Part shown: positions 1-12,400 of the stretch, in pieces
Layout of the letters: each line of letters starts with the position of its first letter
Numbering within the stretch: the first letter of the stretch is position 1
Source of the DNA: Eledone cirrhosa
Taxonomy: Eukaryota
Assembly: GCA_964016885.1 (NCBI GenBank)
Contig: OZ024741.1
Coordinates: forward strand, 269,080,001 to 269,144,000
Length of the DNA: 64,000 bases
Reading direction: 5' to 3'
The notes under the pieces: generated by a model
Databases searched by the model: none
Told to the model about the DNA's origin: nothing
The model's input: the letters and a program-made list of their open reading frames with translations, nothing else
Translations under genes and position numbers: made by a program

Positions 1-2493
1 GTACCGAAAGCGAATGGCGATTGGAGACCTACTGGAGATTATCGACGCCTAAATTCGATAACGGTACCGGACCGTTATCCTATCCCTCATCTGCAAGACT
101 TTGCGTCTTCGTTGCAGGGATGCAAGATATTCTCCAAACTGGATTTAATTCGTGCGTACCATCAAATTCCTGTCCATAAAAATGACATTCCAAAAACGGC
201 TATAGTTACGCCATTTGGGTCATTCGAGTTTTTGACTATGCCGTTCGGATTAAGGAATGCCGCTAGTACTTTTCAGTGGTTTATGGATGAGGTTACTCGC
301 GGCCTCGATTTCGTCTATACCTATATTGACGACCTGCTCATTGCTAGTTCTTCTCAAGAGCAACATACGCACCATTTGAATCTTCTTTTCCGCCGATTGA
401 AGGCGTATAACGTGCAGATTGATGCACCCAAATGTGTTTTTGGTGCTGAGTCACTGACTTTCTTGGGTCACGTCATCGATGCTGATGGTATTCGACCCCG
501 GCCTGAGAGAGTTAAGGTCATAGAGGATTTGCCTCCACCGACCTCACTACGTCAGTTACGCTAGTTCTTAGGTCTGATTAACTTTTATAGGCGTTTCGTG
601 CCAAATTGTGCAAAATTGCTTTTCTCCCTGACAGAAATTTTGAAAAATTGTCGGAGGAAGAACAAAGATATTTCTTTGACAGACACTCAACTTGCTGATT
701 TTCAGCACGCCAAAACTGCTTTGGCTAATGCTTCGTTACTGACTCACCCGGTACCCGGTGCAAAGCTAACGCTTTGTGTTGATGCATCGGATATCGCTGT
801 GGGCGCAGTACTACAGCAAAACATCAATGGTTACCAGCAACCGCTGGAGTTTTTTTCCAGAAAGCTGAAACCTGCTGACGCGCTACAGCACCTTTGGAAG
901 AGAGCTTTTAGCCATCTATTTGGCCGTGAAACATTTTTCACATGTGCTAGAGGTAGACAATTTACTATCCTCACTAACCATAAACCATTGACTTTTGCGT
1001 TGAGAGCGAAGGCTGATAAATACTCGCCCAGAGAGACGAGACACCTTGATTTCATCTCGCAATATACGAGTGATATCCAGCACATTCCGGGTTCACTAAA
1101 TACAGCGGCCGATGCTTTGTCCCGCTTACCCGTGACAGCGATCTCGTCACCCTCTGACATAGATCTGACTCGTTTGGCTGCGGATCAGCCTCCCCTCGAG
1201 TCATTGGATGTTACATCGCCTGAGTTTGCGAATTGCGAGATGAAATACTTGCCTCTGTCGACTGCAGTTGGCCAAATCCTCTGCGACGTCTCTTTGGACG
1301 TGCCTAGGCCCTTCGTTCCAGAGAATCATCGTCGGACCGTGTTTCTGGCATTACATAGTATCTCGCATCCAGGATCTTCTTCCACAGCAAAGCTCATATC
1401 AGCTAGATTTTTCTGGCCAAATATGAGGCGTGAAATTGCTGCTTGGTGCCGTTCCTGCGTCGCTTGCCAGAGATCAAAGGTCCATCGACACGTCAAGGCT
1501 CCCCTGGGTACCTTTTCTAACCCAGATGCGCGTTTTTCACATATTCATATTGACATAGTGGGACCTTGGCCCGTCAGCGATGGTTATTCTTATCTGCTGA
1601 CCATAATTGACCGTTTTTCGAGATGGCCTGAAGCCATCCCCTTGAAAAACATCACCGCGGAAACAACAGCACGTGCTCTTGTGTCTGGATGGATCTCTCG
1701 TTATGGAGTTCTATCCACAATAACTACCGACCGTGGACGACAGTTCGAGTCGAGCCTTTTACTCGAGCTGTCAAAATTAATTGGTGCTAAACGCATTAGA
1801 ACTACGGCGTACCATCCCGCTTCGAATGGTATGGTGGAGCGTTTTCACCGACAACTGAAGGCCTCCTTAATGGCCTCAATGGACTCGGCGCATTGGAGCG
1901 AGTACCTCCCTATTGTGCTACTAGGGATTCGGTCAACGGTGAAGGTCGACTTTGGATTTTCACCGGCCGAAGTACTGTACGATGCCCCTCTGACGTTGCC
2001 CGGGCAAATGCTTGCCCCTATCTATCTTGATGCCCAAGATCACGCTTCCTACGTGTCCCGTTTGCGCTCCTATTTCCAGGATTTGCCGCCAATGGACACT
2101 AGGAAACAAACTGTCAAGACTGCTGTTCCGAGGGATATTGCCTCGTGGACGCATGTCTTTGTAAGGAAAGATTCCGTGAAGCCCCCGCTCACACAGCCTT
2201 ACACTGGACCTTACCGTGTCTTAGCGCGCTCGGCTAAGCATTTCACGTTAGATATTAAGGGGTCCAGGGAGACAGTTACAATAGACAGGCTTAAGCAGGC
2301 GCACCTTGACACGGACGCTGTGGTTCCTGATCCACGAACCCCTTCGTATTTGCCTGTTGAGCGAACGCCTGTTCCTGAACCAACATCATCGCCTGTCCCT
2401 ACACCACCACCATCGCCACGTTACAAGACCACGACCCGTTCAGGTCGTAGGGTCCACTGGCCAAAAAAATTTTGCAGCACCGTCTATATTTAG
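1..2493 (+). mobile_element. Ty3/gypsy LTR retrotransposon pol (RT, RNase H, integrase), 5' part outside window, disrupted
   Basis: RT motifs [20 protein letters not shown] and YIDD; RNase [13 protein letters not shown]; integrase H..H/C..C zinc motif, [22 protein letters not shown] and GPY motif. Domain order is RT-RH-IN. In-frame TAG at 562-564 and local frameshift damage near 880-950. Confidence 0.95.
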
Positions 2494-2703
2494 ACTATGT
2501 TAGCTGCACCCTTTTTTTGCCTCTGTTTTTCTGCTTTTTCTTTGCCTTGTTTTTTATGCATGCATGTTGTTGTTTTTTTATATTTTTCAAATCCTTATTC
2601 TGGATTCAATTTTTGGTAGAGCGAATAGCTCCCCCTTGTTGCATTGTTCGCCATCTTACTCCACATGTGAGTAATGACATCGATTTTCGATGATTTGAAA
2701 ATC

Positions 2704-2850
2704 TGGCAGGAGATACTGTAGTGAGACGCCTCACGCCTCTTGCCAGGATAATAGAACAACCCTAGTTATCTCCCGCTGGCTGAGAACGCGAGGAGTAAAC
2801 AGAGAGCCACTAGAAAGCAGACTGATCACACGCCAGAAAACAGCCTCTGT
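2704..2850 (+). repeat. Polypurine-tract-like sequence and start of the gypsy 3' LTR, cut off by a Tx1 fragment
   Basis: GGCAGGAGATAC is followed by TGTAGT at 2717, a typical PPT/TG LTR boundary downstream of pol. Tx1 sequence begins abruptly at 2851. Confidence 0.6.
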
Positions 2851-3521
2851 ACGAAACCGTTCTGCACGCACTTGTCCAATGTCCCTGCATTACTGACTTG
2901 TGGAGTTATGTCGAACAGCTACTGTCGCGTGTGGAACGAATCCAGCTATCGGCCGAGTCCATAGTGAAGATCGATCCACCGCCTTCCTTAGGTCAGGAAG
3001 AGCAGGACATTTTCCTCTGTTTGGTGGCAGTTGCGAAAGAGATTATATGGTGGACCAGGTTGAAAGGACTAAAGACAGACACTTTTCTCTTCGGCCAATC
3101 CCTCATCAACTTCTTCAAGTTTCACCTGGAAAGGAAGGTGAGGGCGGAGAGAGAAGTGCCCCCCTCCAGTATTTGCTAAAAGGTGGGTGAATGTGGCGAG
3201 AATGGCTCGTGTGAATGGGCCTACTCTGACCATGCGCCTATAGGCTAGCTAACTTGAGGAGAGGGGTGCTCTCCCTGGGTGCCCTAGAAGCGCAGGGTGG
3301 TTCAGGATTGGTGGGGTACCTGAAGCACCCCAGGGTCGTACACCCCCTATCGGGGAATTTATTTTGTTATATTTATGCATAGATTATTTTATATTTTTAT
3401 ATTTTCATTGTTAAATTAGTCTTGCCATTGTGCACTTTTACTCCACCTTATTGTAAACCCCACTGTCCCTGTCTTTGTATTGTCCCCTACATGTCGGCCC
3501 TGGTGGCTAATAAATGAAATC
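2851..3521 (+). mobile_element. 5'-truncated Tx1-like LINE, family A (copy A1)
   Basis: Near-identical to 8743-9416. Ends GGCTAATAAATGAAATC followed by ATTATT. Confidence 0.92.
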
Positions 3522-3756
3522 ATTATTAATGGCCGCACATGTGTGAAGACAGTACAAATCTGCGGGGGAAAAGGTTCGTAACTTTAAGCTGTTTTAAAGT
3601 GTCTTTTTTTTGTATTTTCTTGTCATTAACGAAACTTAAGGTACACATCTTGACTTAAAGAGAGGGATACCTCTCAATATTCGGGCTTTAAGCCCGAATA
3701 TTCAGATTTATTTTTAAAAACTTCGAAAAAAATCGCTTCCCCACCAAAAGAATATT

Positions 3757-5735
3757 ATGGAAATTTTCGACCTTGAAACGGTCAACAACGTTCAGGTCAA
3801 AAGTTTAAGGGCAGGCACTGCAGATTTCACCACGACTACGACGGCTACAGTCATGCCTGTCATCCACTCTACTGAATGTGAAGGCAAAACTCAAAAGCTA
3901 CCATCACAACCTTCTGTGATAGCAGCAGTATCATCTGAAAACGACATCACCACCACCGCCACAACCACCACCACCACCACTACCACAACAACAACAACAA
4001 CTCAGAGCAATAACGACAATAACACCGACAGCTTCAATGTAAACAAGGATGGCGGTGGCAACAGCAAGAATGACAACAACAACAATAAGAGCATCAAAAA
4101 CACCACATTTGCTGCAGCAGCAGCAAAAACAAAGCGCTTATTGAATATTGATATTGATATTAGCGATGAAGACGAACAGTTGGCCAAAGCGTGGAGGCTA
4201 ATTAAACGGGAGAAGTCCTGGGCAAACCTGACCATCCCGGACGAGGCAATAGCGGCCATGCAAAGGAGGACAGTGTTCTTTCGATGTATTTCGGTGCAGA
4301 CACGAAAAGTGGAACTTGCGAGCCAAGCAGAGGTCGAGGCTGCTTTGGAGTACATCGGAAGTAACATAGAGTACAAAGCAAGAAGCAAACAGTTCGGTAC
4401 CATCTCGGTACTGTACAAAACCGAGGCCTTCGCCATTAAGCACTCGGTGACCCCCTGCATAACGGAACGCATTATCATGCATCCCTCCTATATGGGTAAA
4501 AGGACAGTGAAGGTACGCATTCCCAGCATCCCACCAGGAATGAACATATGGTGGCTACTGGGATACGTAATCGAGGAGGGGACAGACACTACCCTTCTGG
4601 ACATCAAAAGGACAGAGAGAGAGTACTGGTCCGGAATGGATTTGGAGATTCTTCTCCAAATGAAACCGGAGGATATGAATAACATCCCGGATCTTGCCCG
4701 CCTGCAGGACGGGACAACAATCCAACTAATGATTGACGGAAGAAGGCCACGCTGCTTCGTCTGCGGGGAAGCAACGCATCTTCAAGCCTTCTGCTCTCAG
4801 CGCAAAAATGCAGGGGGTCGCAAACCTCCTTTGTTGCCAACGCCAGTGTCAGTACGGAAAGCTGCACCACAACCACCACCAAAAACAAAATCAACAAAAC
4901 ACGGACACCAACATCAAAAGCAGCCGGATCACCACCAACACCAAAACCAATCCAAGGAGAAAACGAGGAAAGCTCTCCCACTCCCCCCCCCCCAATTATA
5001 CACATAGAAAAAACAATAAACGCACACACAGACACAGAGGCACTCACAGACACAGACCCTTTGTCTTCCAGCAGCGAAGATGAAGGAAAATCCCAAAAGT
5101 GCAAAAAAACAGAGAAAACTCACAAAAAAAAGCCCTAACAAAACACAAAAACACACACAACAAAAAATACAGACACCACTAACGCAAACACTTCCCCAAT
5201 AACATCATCACCAACAGCAACATCGACACCACCTCCACAATCCCCGAAATGCAAACAACCTAAACAAACACAAGTACAAATAAACACACAAATACCTGAA
5301 ATTGCAGACACCACACCTACAACAAACATAGACATACCCGAAACAACACCACCAAAACCATCGCCACCACCTTCACCAAAACGAAAACAAATAAAACCAC
5401 ACCAACAAAATGTTAAAAACTTCGTGCTTGTCAGAAGGGCCAATGATAAACTGATGGCCCTCTTAGCGCGATGCGAGGACATTCAAACAGAGGGGGAGAT
5501 TTTTGAAATGAGCACATTTTGCGTGCCAGAAGATTTGCTTCTGGTCCGAATGTCACTCAATTCCTTCAAAGAAATTCGAGAGAGCTTTCCTCAAGACGTG
5601 GGAACCCCGAATGTGAAACCCACATCAAGTCTTTTAAAGGGGTTCCCAAAAGAAACCCCACCAACCATGAAGGTCGAACCACACGACCTTCACAAGACAC
5701 GGGAGGTAAGTAAACCTTCCCTCTCTCTCTCTTAG
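3757..5735 (+). pseudogene. Tx1 copy A ORF1 (gag-like, CCHC knuckle), frameshifted
   Basis: T/N-rich N-terminus, CFVCGEATHLQAFC zinc knuckle, P/T/K-rich C-terminal part. Frame breaks near homopolymers at ~4985-5130. Confidence 0.8.
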
Positions 5736-5744
5736 CTTACCAAT

Positions 5745-8700
5745 ATGGCCATATTAAGAGTAGGAAGTTTAAATGTTCGCGGCCTGGGGTCACCCTGGAA
5801 GCAGGGTCGCCTGCTCAACGACCTCCGGTCGTTGGAAATGGATGTGATTGCCGTAAGCGAGACCAGAATTTCCGACACGCGCGCACTAGCCCCCATTTTC
5901 GACGACTATCAGATCTTCGCATCTGTTAGCAGGCCGGGAATGGGGGCTGGGGTGGCAGTGCTGTTTAGGAAAGGACTGGATCTCGAGGTAAGGTCGATCT
6001 TCCAGGACCCGGACGGTAAGTTGGTGGTCTTGGATGTGAGCAGTAGTGATGGTGGTGCCTTTAGACTGCTGGCCGTCTACGCCCCTACAGGGGCCGGGCG
6101 ACCTGACTTCTTTAGGCGCCTGGAGACCTTTCTGGGTACGTCTCGCCCTTTACTGTTAGCGGGGGACTGGAATGGCATCTTAGACGCACGCTGGGATTGT
6201 GTGGGAGTAGCCGATAGGAGCGGGGGGTGCAAAAGCCTCAAGCACCTACTCAGCCAGTTCCAACTGTTTGACAGGTATCGACTAGATTTCCCCAATGTGC
6301 CAGTATGGACATGGACCAACCGAATGGGGTCATCTAGATCGTATATAGACAGGATCTTCATTAGGAAAATAGATAGAAATAGTGTGGGCTGTCCACTTTT
6401 TAAAACGGTCGCCTATTCAGATCACAAATTTGTGATCTGTACGGTCGACCTAAATAAAACGCGTAGGTTAGGACCGGGTTACTGGAAGCTGAACATGTCA
6501 TTTCCGGCACGTAAGGCTTACAGGGACCGAGTCAACAATTTAGTTAAGCAAAAGTTGACAGGGGGATCATCAACAACAGATGGTGGGGGGCTCTCAAAAG
6601 AGAGATTAGAGTAACTTCGATAGAGTTCAGCAAAGAACTAGCGTTAGAGAAATATAGAAAGGAGGGGGAGGTGGTAGATAAGTTAGACGAGGCTATTTGT
6701 AGTGGCATCGCAACTGACGTGCTAGCGGCGAGAAAGGCATTAGACCATTTCTTCAACGCCAAACACGAAGGTTGCATTGTCAGAGCTAAGGCGCGTGCGC
6801 TGAGAAACGAAGGAACTAAAGCAGTTCGATGGGCCCGCGTGGCGGAGGCGCAGCGTGGTAATAAAACCACAATTCGGTCTTTGGCGGACCGAGACGGACA
6901 CGAGATAAGCGATTCCAAGCGGATGTGTGAGGCCTTTCGCCAGCACTTTGCTCGGTTGTTCAGGGAGAGTGGCGAGTCAGAGAGAGTAGCGGATTTCAGT
7001 CCCTACCTTGACGGCTTGCCGCGCATCTCGACGATCGACGCTGAGCGCTGCGAAAGGCCGATTACTTCAGCCGAAATTCAGTACGCCCTTGTCGGCTGCA
7101 TGAGGCGCAAGTCACCCGGTTTGGATGGCCTGCCCTACGAGCTTTACGTAAATATGCCAGATTTGTTCTCCGAACTCCTCGAAGCACTCTACTGCAACTG
7201 GCAGCAGAATGGGAGTATTCCCAGTTCTGTGAGCAGGGGAGTGGTGACATTGATAAGGAAAGACGAGAACAAGAGGGATACATTAGACAACTTCAGGCCC
7301 ATAACTCTGCTCAACACAGAGTTTAAGATTTTGGCCAAGGTGTTAGCAAAGAGATTGGCGCTTGTCGTCGAGGATTTGGTTGGGGAGGCGCAAACTTGCG
7401 CAATCCCAGCCAGGTCCATACACGACAATCTCCACCTCATGCGATACATCATAGAGAGGGTAGGGTGTAAACCTGGCTTCGGTGGGGCACTGATCAATTT
7501 AGAGTTTGTAATCAAAGCAGCTGGCTTCGGCCCTGTCTTTAGAAGCTGTCTTTAGAAGCTGGATCGTTGCAATACACAGCGGCACAAGCTCGGTGGTCAA
7601 GGTTAATGGCCACCTCTCGGAACCATTTCGGCTCTCCCGATCGGTCCGTCAAGGGTGCCAACTCTCTTCCCTTCTGTACGTATTGACTCTCGAGCTTTTA
7701 CTGCGGAAGCTGGAGCTGTTGCAGGGCATCCCGCTCGAACCGGGGCGTGGAAAGGCGGTGTCGGCTTATGCGGACGACATCACCGTGATGGTGTCGAACA
7801 CCTCAGAAATCGAGGTGGTCGGCACCTTACTGAAGGAATATGAAAGGTTGACAGGAGCCAAACTTAACCCGGAAAAGTTGGTGGGCTTGCCGCTCGGAAC
7901 CTGGAGAGGCAAGCCCATGCCGTCCAACAGCGTCGCGGGGCGCTGGACGGACGGACCTGTAAAGTTGCTCGGGGTTTGGCTCGGACCAGACCTCCAGGTG
8001 GAAAAGAATTGGGACGAGGAAACGAGCAGAGTAGCCAGTCTCACCCAAAAATGGGCTGGGAGGAAGCTATCACTGAAAGGTCGCGCGGAGGTGGCGAATG
8101 CGTACATCGCGTCCGTCATCTACTACCGCCTAACCGTCGTGCCTTGCCCCCGTCCGCGCCTCGTCAAGTTGGAACGGCTCCTCTTCAAATTCTTGTGGAG
8201 GGGACAAGTTCCGTTGGTGAGGCGGTCCATCTGCTGCCAGCACCCTCTACGCGGAGAGCTGGGCATGCCGTGGCTAATGATGCGCAGACATGCGTTGAGG
8301 CTGCGACATCTCCAGATATTCTGACTCAATGGTGAACAGGTGTGGTCGCCGTTTATCAGACGGGCCTTTCCGCAGCTCATTTCTTTGACTGAGCTGCAGT
8401 CCTGGGTCAAGAAGAGACCGAGATTGGGTGACTGGCACCTGGAATGTTGCCAGGCACTCACTGCCCTCTACCAAGCGGGCAATGCGATCAGTGGAACTTC
8501 CACTCTCGAGTTCTATAGAGGATTAGTGGTGGGCAAGTGCAATGACGCACTCGGAGAAGCTTTGGGCCTCGACGAAGTCGAACTGACCAGTCTGTACCGG
8601 AGGACTTTTGAGCCGGGGCCGATGGACAATTTCCAGAAATCCCTCGCTTGGCAGTGCTACCGGGGGGCACTGCCGGTTCGGGATAAACTCTACAGGCACG

Positions 8701-9137
8701 GAAGTGCTGTCAGACGGACCTGCCCAAGATGCGCACAGAACGACGAAACCGTTCTGCACGCACTTGTCCAATGTCCCTGCATTACTGACTTGTGGAGTTA
8801 TGTCGAACAGCTACTGTCGCGTGTGGAACGAATCCGGCTATCGGCCGAGTCCATAGTGAAGATCGATCCACCGCCTTCCTTAGGTCAGGAAGAGCAGGAC
8901 ATTTTCCTCTGTCTGGTGGCAGTTGCGAAAGAGATTATATGGTGGACCAGATTGAAAGGACTAAAGACAGACACTTTTCTCTTCTGCCAATCCCTCATCA
9001 ACTTCTTCAAGTTTCACCTGGAAAGGAAGGTGAGGGTGGAGAGAAAAGTGCTGCCCCCCGGTACATTTTCTAAAAGGTGGGTGAATGTGGAGAGAATGGC
9101 TCGTGTGAATGGGCCTACTCTGACCATGCGCCTATAG
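5745..9137 (+). pseudogene. Tx1 copy A ORF2 (APE endonuclease + RT + Cys-rich C-terminus), frameshifted
   Basis: SLNVRGL, VSET, VYAP, AGDWN, SYIDRIF, SDH (APE); KSPGLDG, FRPITLLN, SVRQGC, AYADD (RT); CPRC...ETVLHALVQC. Confidence 0.93.
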
Positions 9138-9437
9138 GCTGGCTAACTTGAGGAGAGGGGTGCTCTCCCTGGGTGCCCTAGAAGCGCAGGGTGGTTCAGG
9201 ATTGGTGGGGTACCCGAATCACCCCAGGGTCGTCCACCCCTTATCGGGGAATTTATTTTGTTATATTTATGCATAGTTTATTTTATATTTTTATATTTTC
9301 ATTGTTAAATTAGTCTTGCCATTGTGCACTTTTACTCGACCTTATTGTAAACCCCCACTGTCCCTGTCTTTGTATTGTCCCCTACATGTCGGCCTTTGTG
9401 GCTAATAAATGAAATCATTATTATTATTATTGTTGTT

Positions 9438-12400
9438 GGTGAAGCCACGCTTCTTCTCGCCTCCAGTCTTTTTCAACGTTTTACCTCATTTTCAACCGTT
9501 CTAAACATTTTATTCAAGTTTTAAATTTGATAAAAGTTTAGAAGTGACCCACCTAATACAGGGGTTCACTAGTAAATAATACGGCATCCCTTTACGGGGT
9601 GTCGTATTCGTATTTGTGTAAAAATATTTTTTTGAAAAATTTCAACATGGATAACACAAGAAAGAGAGAGAGCGCTGTCAGACAACACAGAGAGAGGGAG
9701 ACTTTATCAGCATGTCAACAAGACAGCGTTCCAGCGGAGGTAAATATAAACGAAAATATTACAAAGGAAAAAAAGATTGTTACAGATTTAAAATTACCAA
9801 ATATTTCTAACACAAACAACACCAACAACATCACCAACAACAACACCAAAAATAACAGCGGTAAAGTCGAGAACGACAATAACAATGACAATAACAACAG
9901 CCACAACAACAATAATAGTAGGAACAGTATCAACAAAAACAACAATAATAACAACAGCCACAATAACAGTAACAGCAGCAACAGTATCAACGAAAACAAC
10001 ACCAACAACTGTTCCAGCGAAAAGAACAACAATGACACCGATACCTGTAATAGCGACCTCAGCACCACCAGTAAGACCAGTAGCGGCAGCAATAGTGGTG
10101 CTGCTGAAAAAGGGACCACTTCTTTTGCAGGTGTCGCCCGAAATATCGAGACAGTGTTAGTCACAGAGGAGGAGATGGCAGTCGCAAGGGCCATGGTGAC
10201 AAGAAGCGCAAATAGAGTTTCCCTGAAACCTCCACCCGATTTTTTCAAGGACCAGCAGCTACGGACGGTGACTTACCGCACCGTAAGCAAAATCTCACAT
10301 CGAGTGGAGAGAGCCACGGAGGCTCAAATCCAAAAGGCCTTGGGGTGCGTCTGGGCACGCAAAACCCACATCACCCGAGGCAGAAAGTACGCCACAGAAG
10401 ACGTACTTTTCGCCACCCCCCAGGAAGCAAAGTCTCACTCTTTGGAAACCCTAAAGAGTGAGGAGTTAGTCTTGGTGCCCTCCTACTGCGGGCAGAAAAT
10501 TGTGAGGGTCAAAGTGACGCAGGTCCCACCCGACGTGCCCATACCTTGGCTGGCCGCGTCTGTCCTTGCTGGAATTGAGAACAGGGCGACCATGCTGCAA
10601 GTAGAACAAATAGGGAGAGAGAACTGGTCAGGTGTAGGCATGCAAATGCTTATACAAACTGACCAGGAATGTATCGAGGCTATCCCCGATATCATAGACA
10701 CGAGGAAGGACTCCAACTCCCTATAAGTGTAGAAGGAAGACGGTCAAAATGTTATCTCTGTGGGTCGAAAGGTCACCTCAGGGCCTTTTGCCCGCAGAAG
10801 ACACCGAAGAGGGCCCCTCTCCTTCCAATACCTGGTCTGCTGCTACCAAGAGCAGGACAGGCAACACACGAAGAAGCCCCTTCCACGGTCAGTAGGAGGG
10901 CAACGTCCGTAGCACCCGTACCAAGGCCACGGATAACTAAAGCAGCATCATCAGTAGCGGCAACACCAATAGCTACATTTGAAATAGCTACACCAGCAAC
11001 AAAATTGCCGAAGAGGGCTCCACTACCACCACCAACAGCCGTGGAGCACATACCCCCCCCCCCCCCCCAGACGCCACAGAATCCGACATGGAGTTTGAGG
11101 CGGGAGTGACGTGGCAAACAGTCTGCCACAAAAAACAAAAAACAAAAAAACCCTTAGATTCACCCTCCAAAAGCGAAGACATACAAAGAGGGGTAAAGGC
11201 AGCAAGGAAACTTGCAGCAACACCACCACAAACACCAACAACGCAAACACAACAAGACACACACACCAAACAGCAACAAGAAGAAAACGGTAACAAAATC
11301 ACCCCTCCCCCAAAAAAGTACACAGCCATAAACATAGCAAAAATAGAACTCATAAAATATATAAAGCAGCACACAGATATCACGAAAAAAAACTACTACA
11401 CCCCACCAACACCAAAAACTCTCCCGACAAGCATAAGCATCATCGAAATCTCAATAGAACAGTACAAACCTTTAAAACAAAAATTCCCCAACGCAGTTGG
11501 AGACTTCAGAGGGACGGTTACCAAGAGGATATACACTGACATCTTCTTGGAAACACCCATGGCCAGCCAAAGGGACGGTTCTACTGTCCCTTCACCACAC
11601 GAACAAGGTAAGTGACCCTTTCTCACTTGCCCCGTTTCTCATCCAACATGGCTGTACTCAGAATAGGCAGTATAAATGCACGTGGCCTGGGGTCATCTTG
11701 GAAGCAGGGCCACCTGCTCAATGACCTTAGGTCACTAAACATAGATGTGGTGGCCATCAGTGAAACCAGAATCTCCCAGGCACGGGCCTTCGCACCGATC
11801 TTCGGCGGCTACGATGTATACGCATCTCCCAGCCGTCCAGGATCGGGGGGAGGGTTTGCCGTCCTTTTTCGGAGAGGCTTGGATCTCGCGATACGGGCCA
11901 TCTTCCTGGACCCAGAAGGTAAGTCGGTGGTGCTGGACGTGACCGGCAGCGAAGGCAATGCTTTCAGGCTAGTAGCCGTCTACGCCCCGACAGGGGCAGG
12001 ACGGCCAGATTTCTTCAGACGTCTAGAGACCTTTCTTGGAACGTCCCGCTCTTTAGTGTTAGTGGGCGACTGGAACGGTATCTTGGATGCACGCTGGGAT
12101 CGTGTGGGGCTAGTGGATAGGGGAGGAGGGTGCAAGAGCCTCACCAACCTGCTCAGACGTTTTGAACTGTCTGACAGGTATCGACTGGATCACCCGAATG
12201 TACCAATGTCGACATGGACAAACCGCATCGGGTCATCCAGATCGTATCTAGATAGGGTATTCTGCAGGGAACTAGATAAGGCTAGTATAAGTTGTCCACA
12301 ATTTAAAATAGTCGACTACACAGACCACAAATTTGTGATCTGTGAGATCGACATAGACAGACTTCATAGACAAGGGCCTGGTTACTGGAAGCTGAACGCG

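Larger units (their letters stand above)
3531..9416 (+). mobile_element. Full-length Tx1-like (L1 clade) non-LTR retrotransposon, copy A, disrupted
   Basis: Starts with GG after ATTATTAAT. Contains 5' UTR, ORF1, ORF2 and a 3' UTR ending AATAAATGAAATC(ATT)n. Confidence 0.93.
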
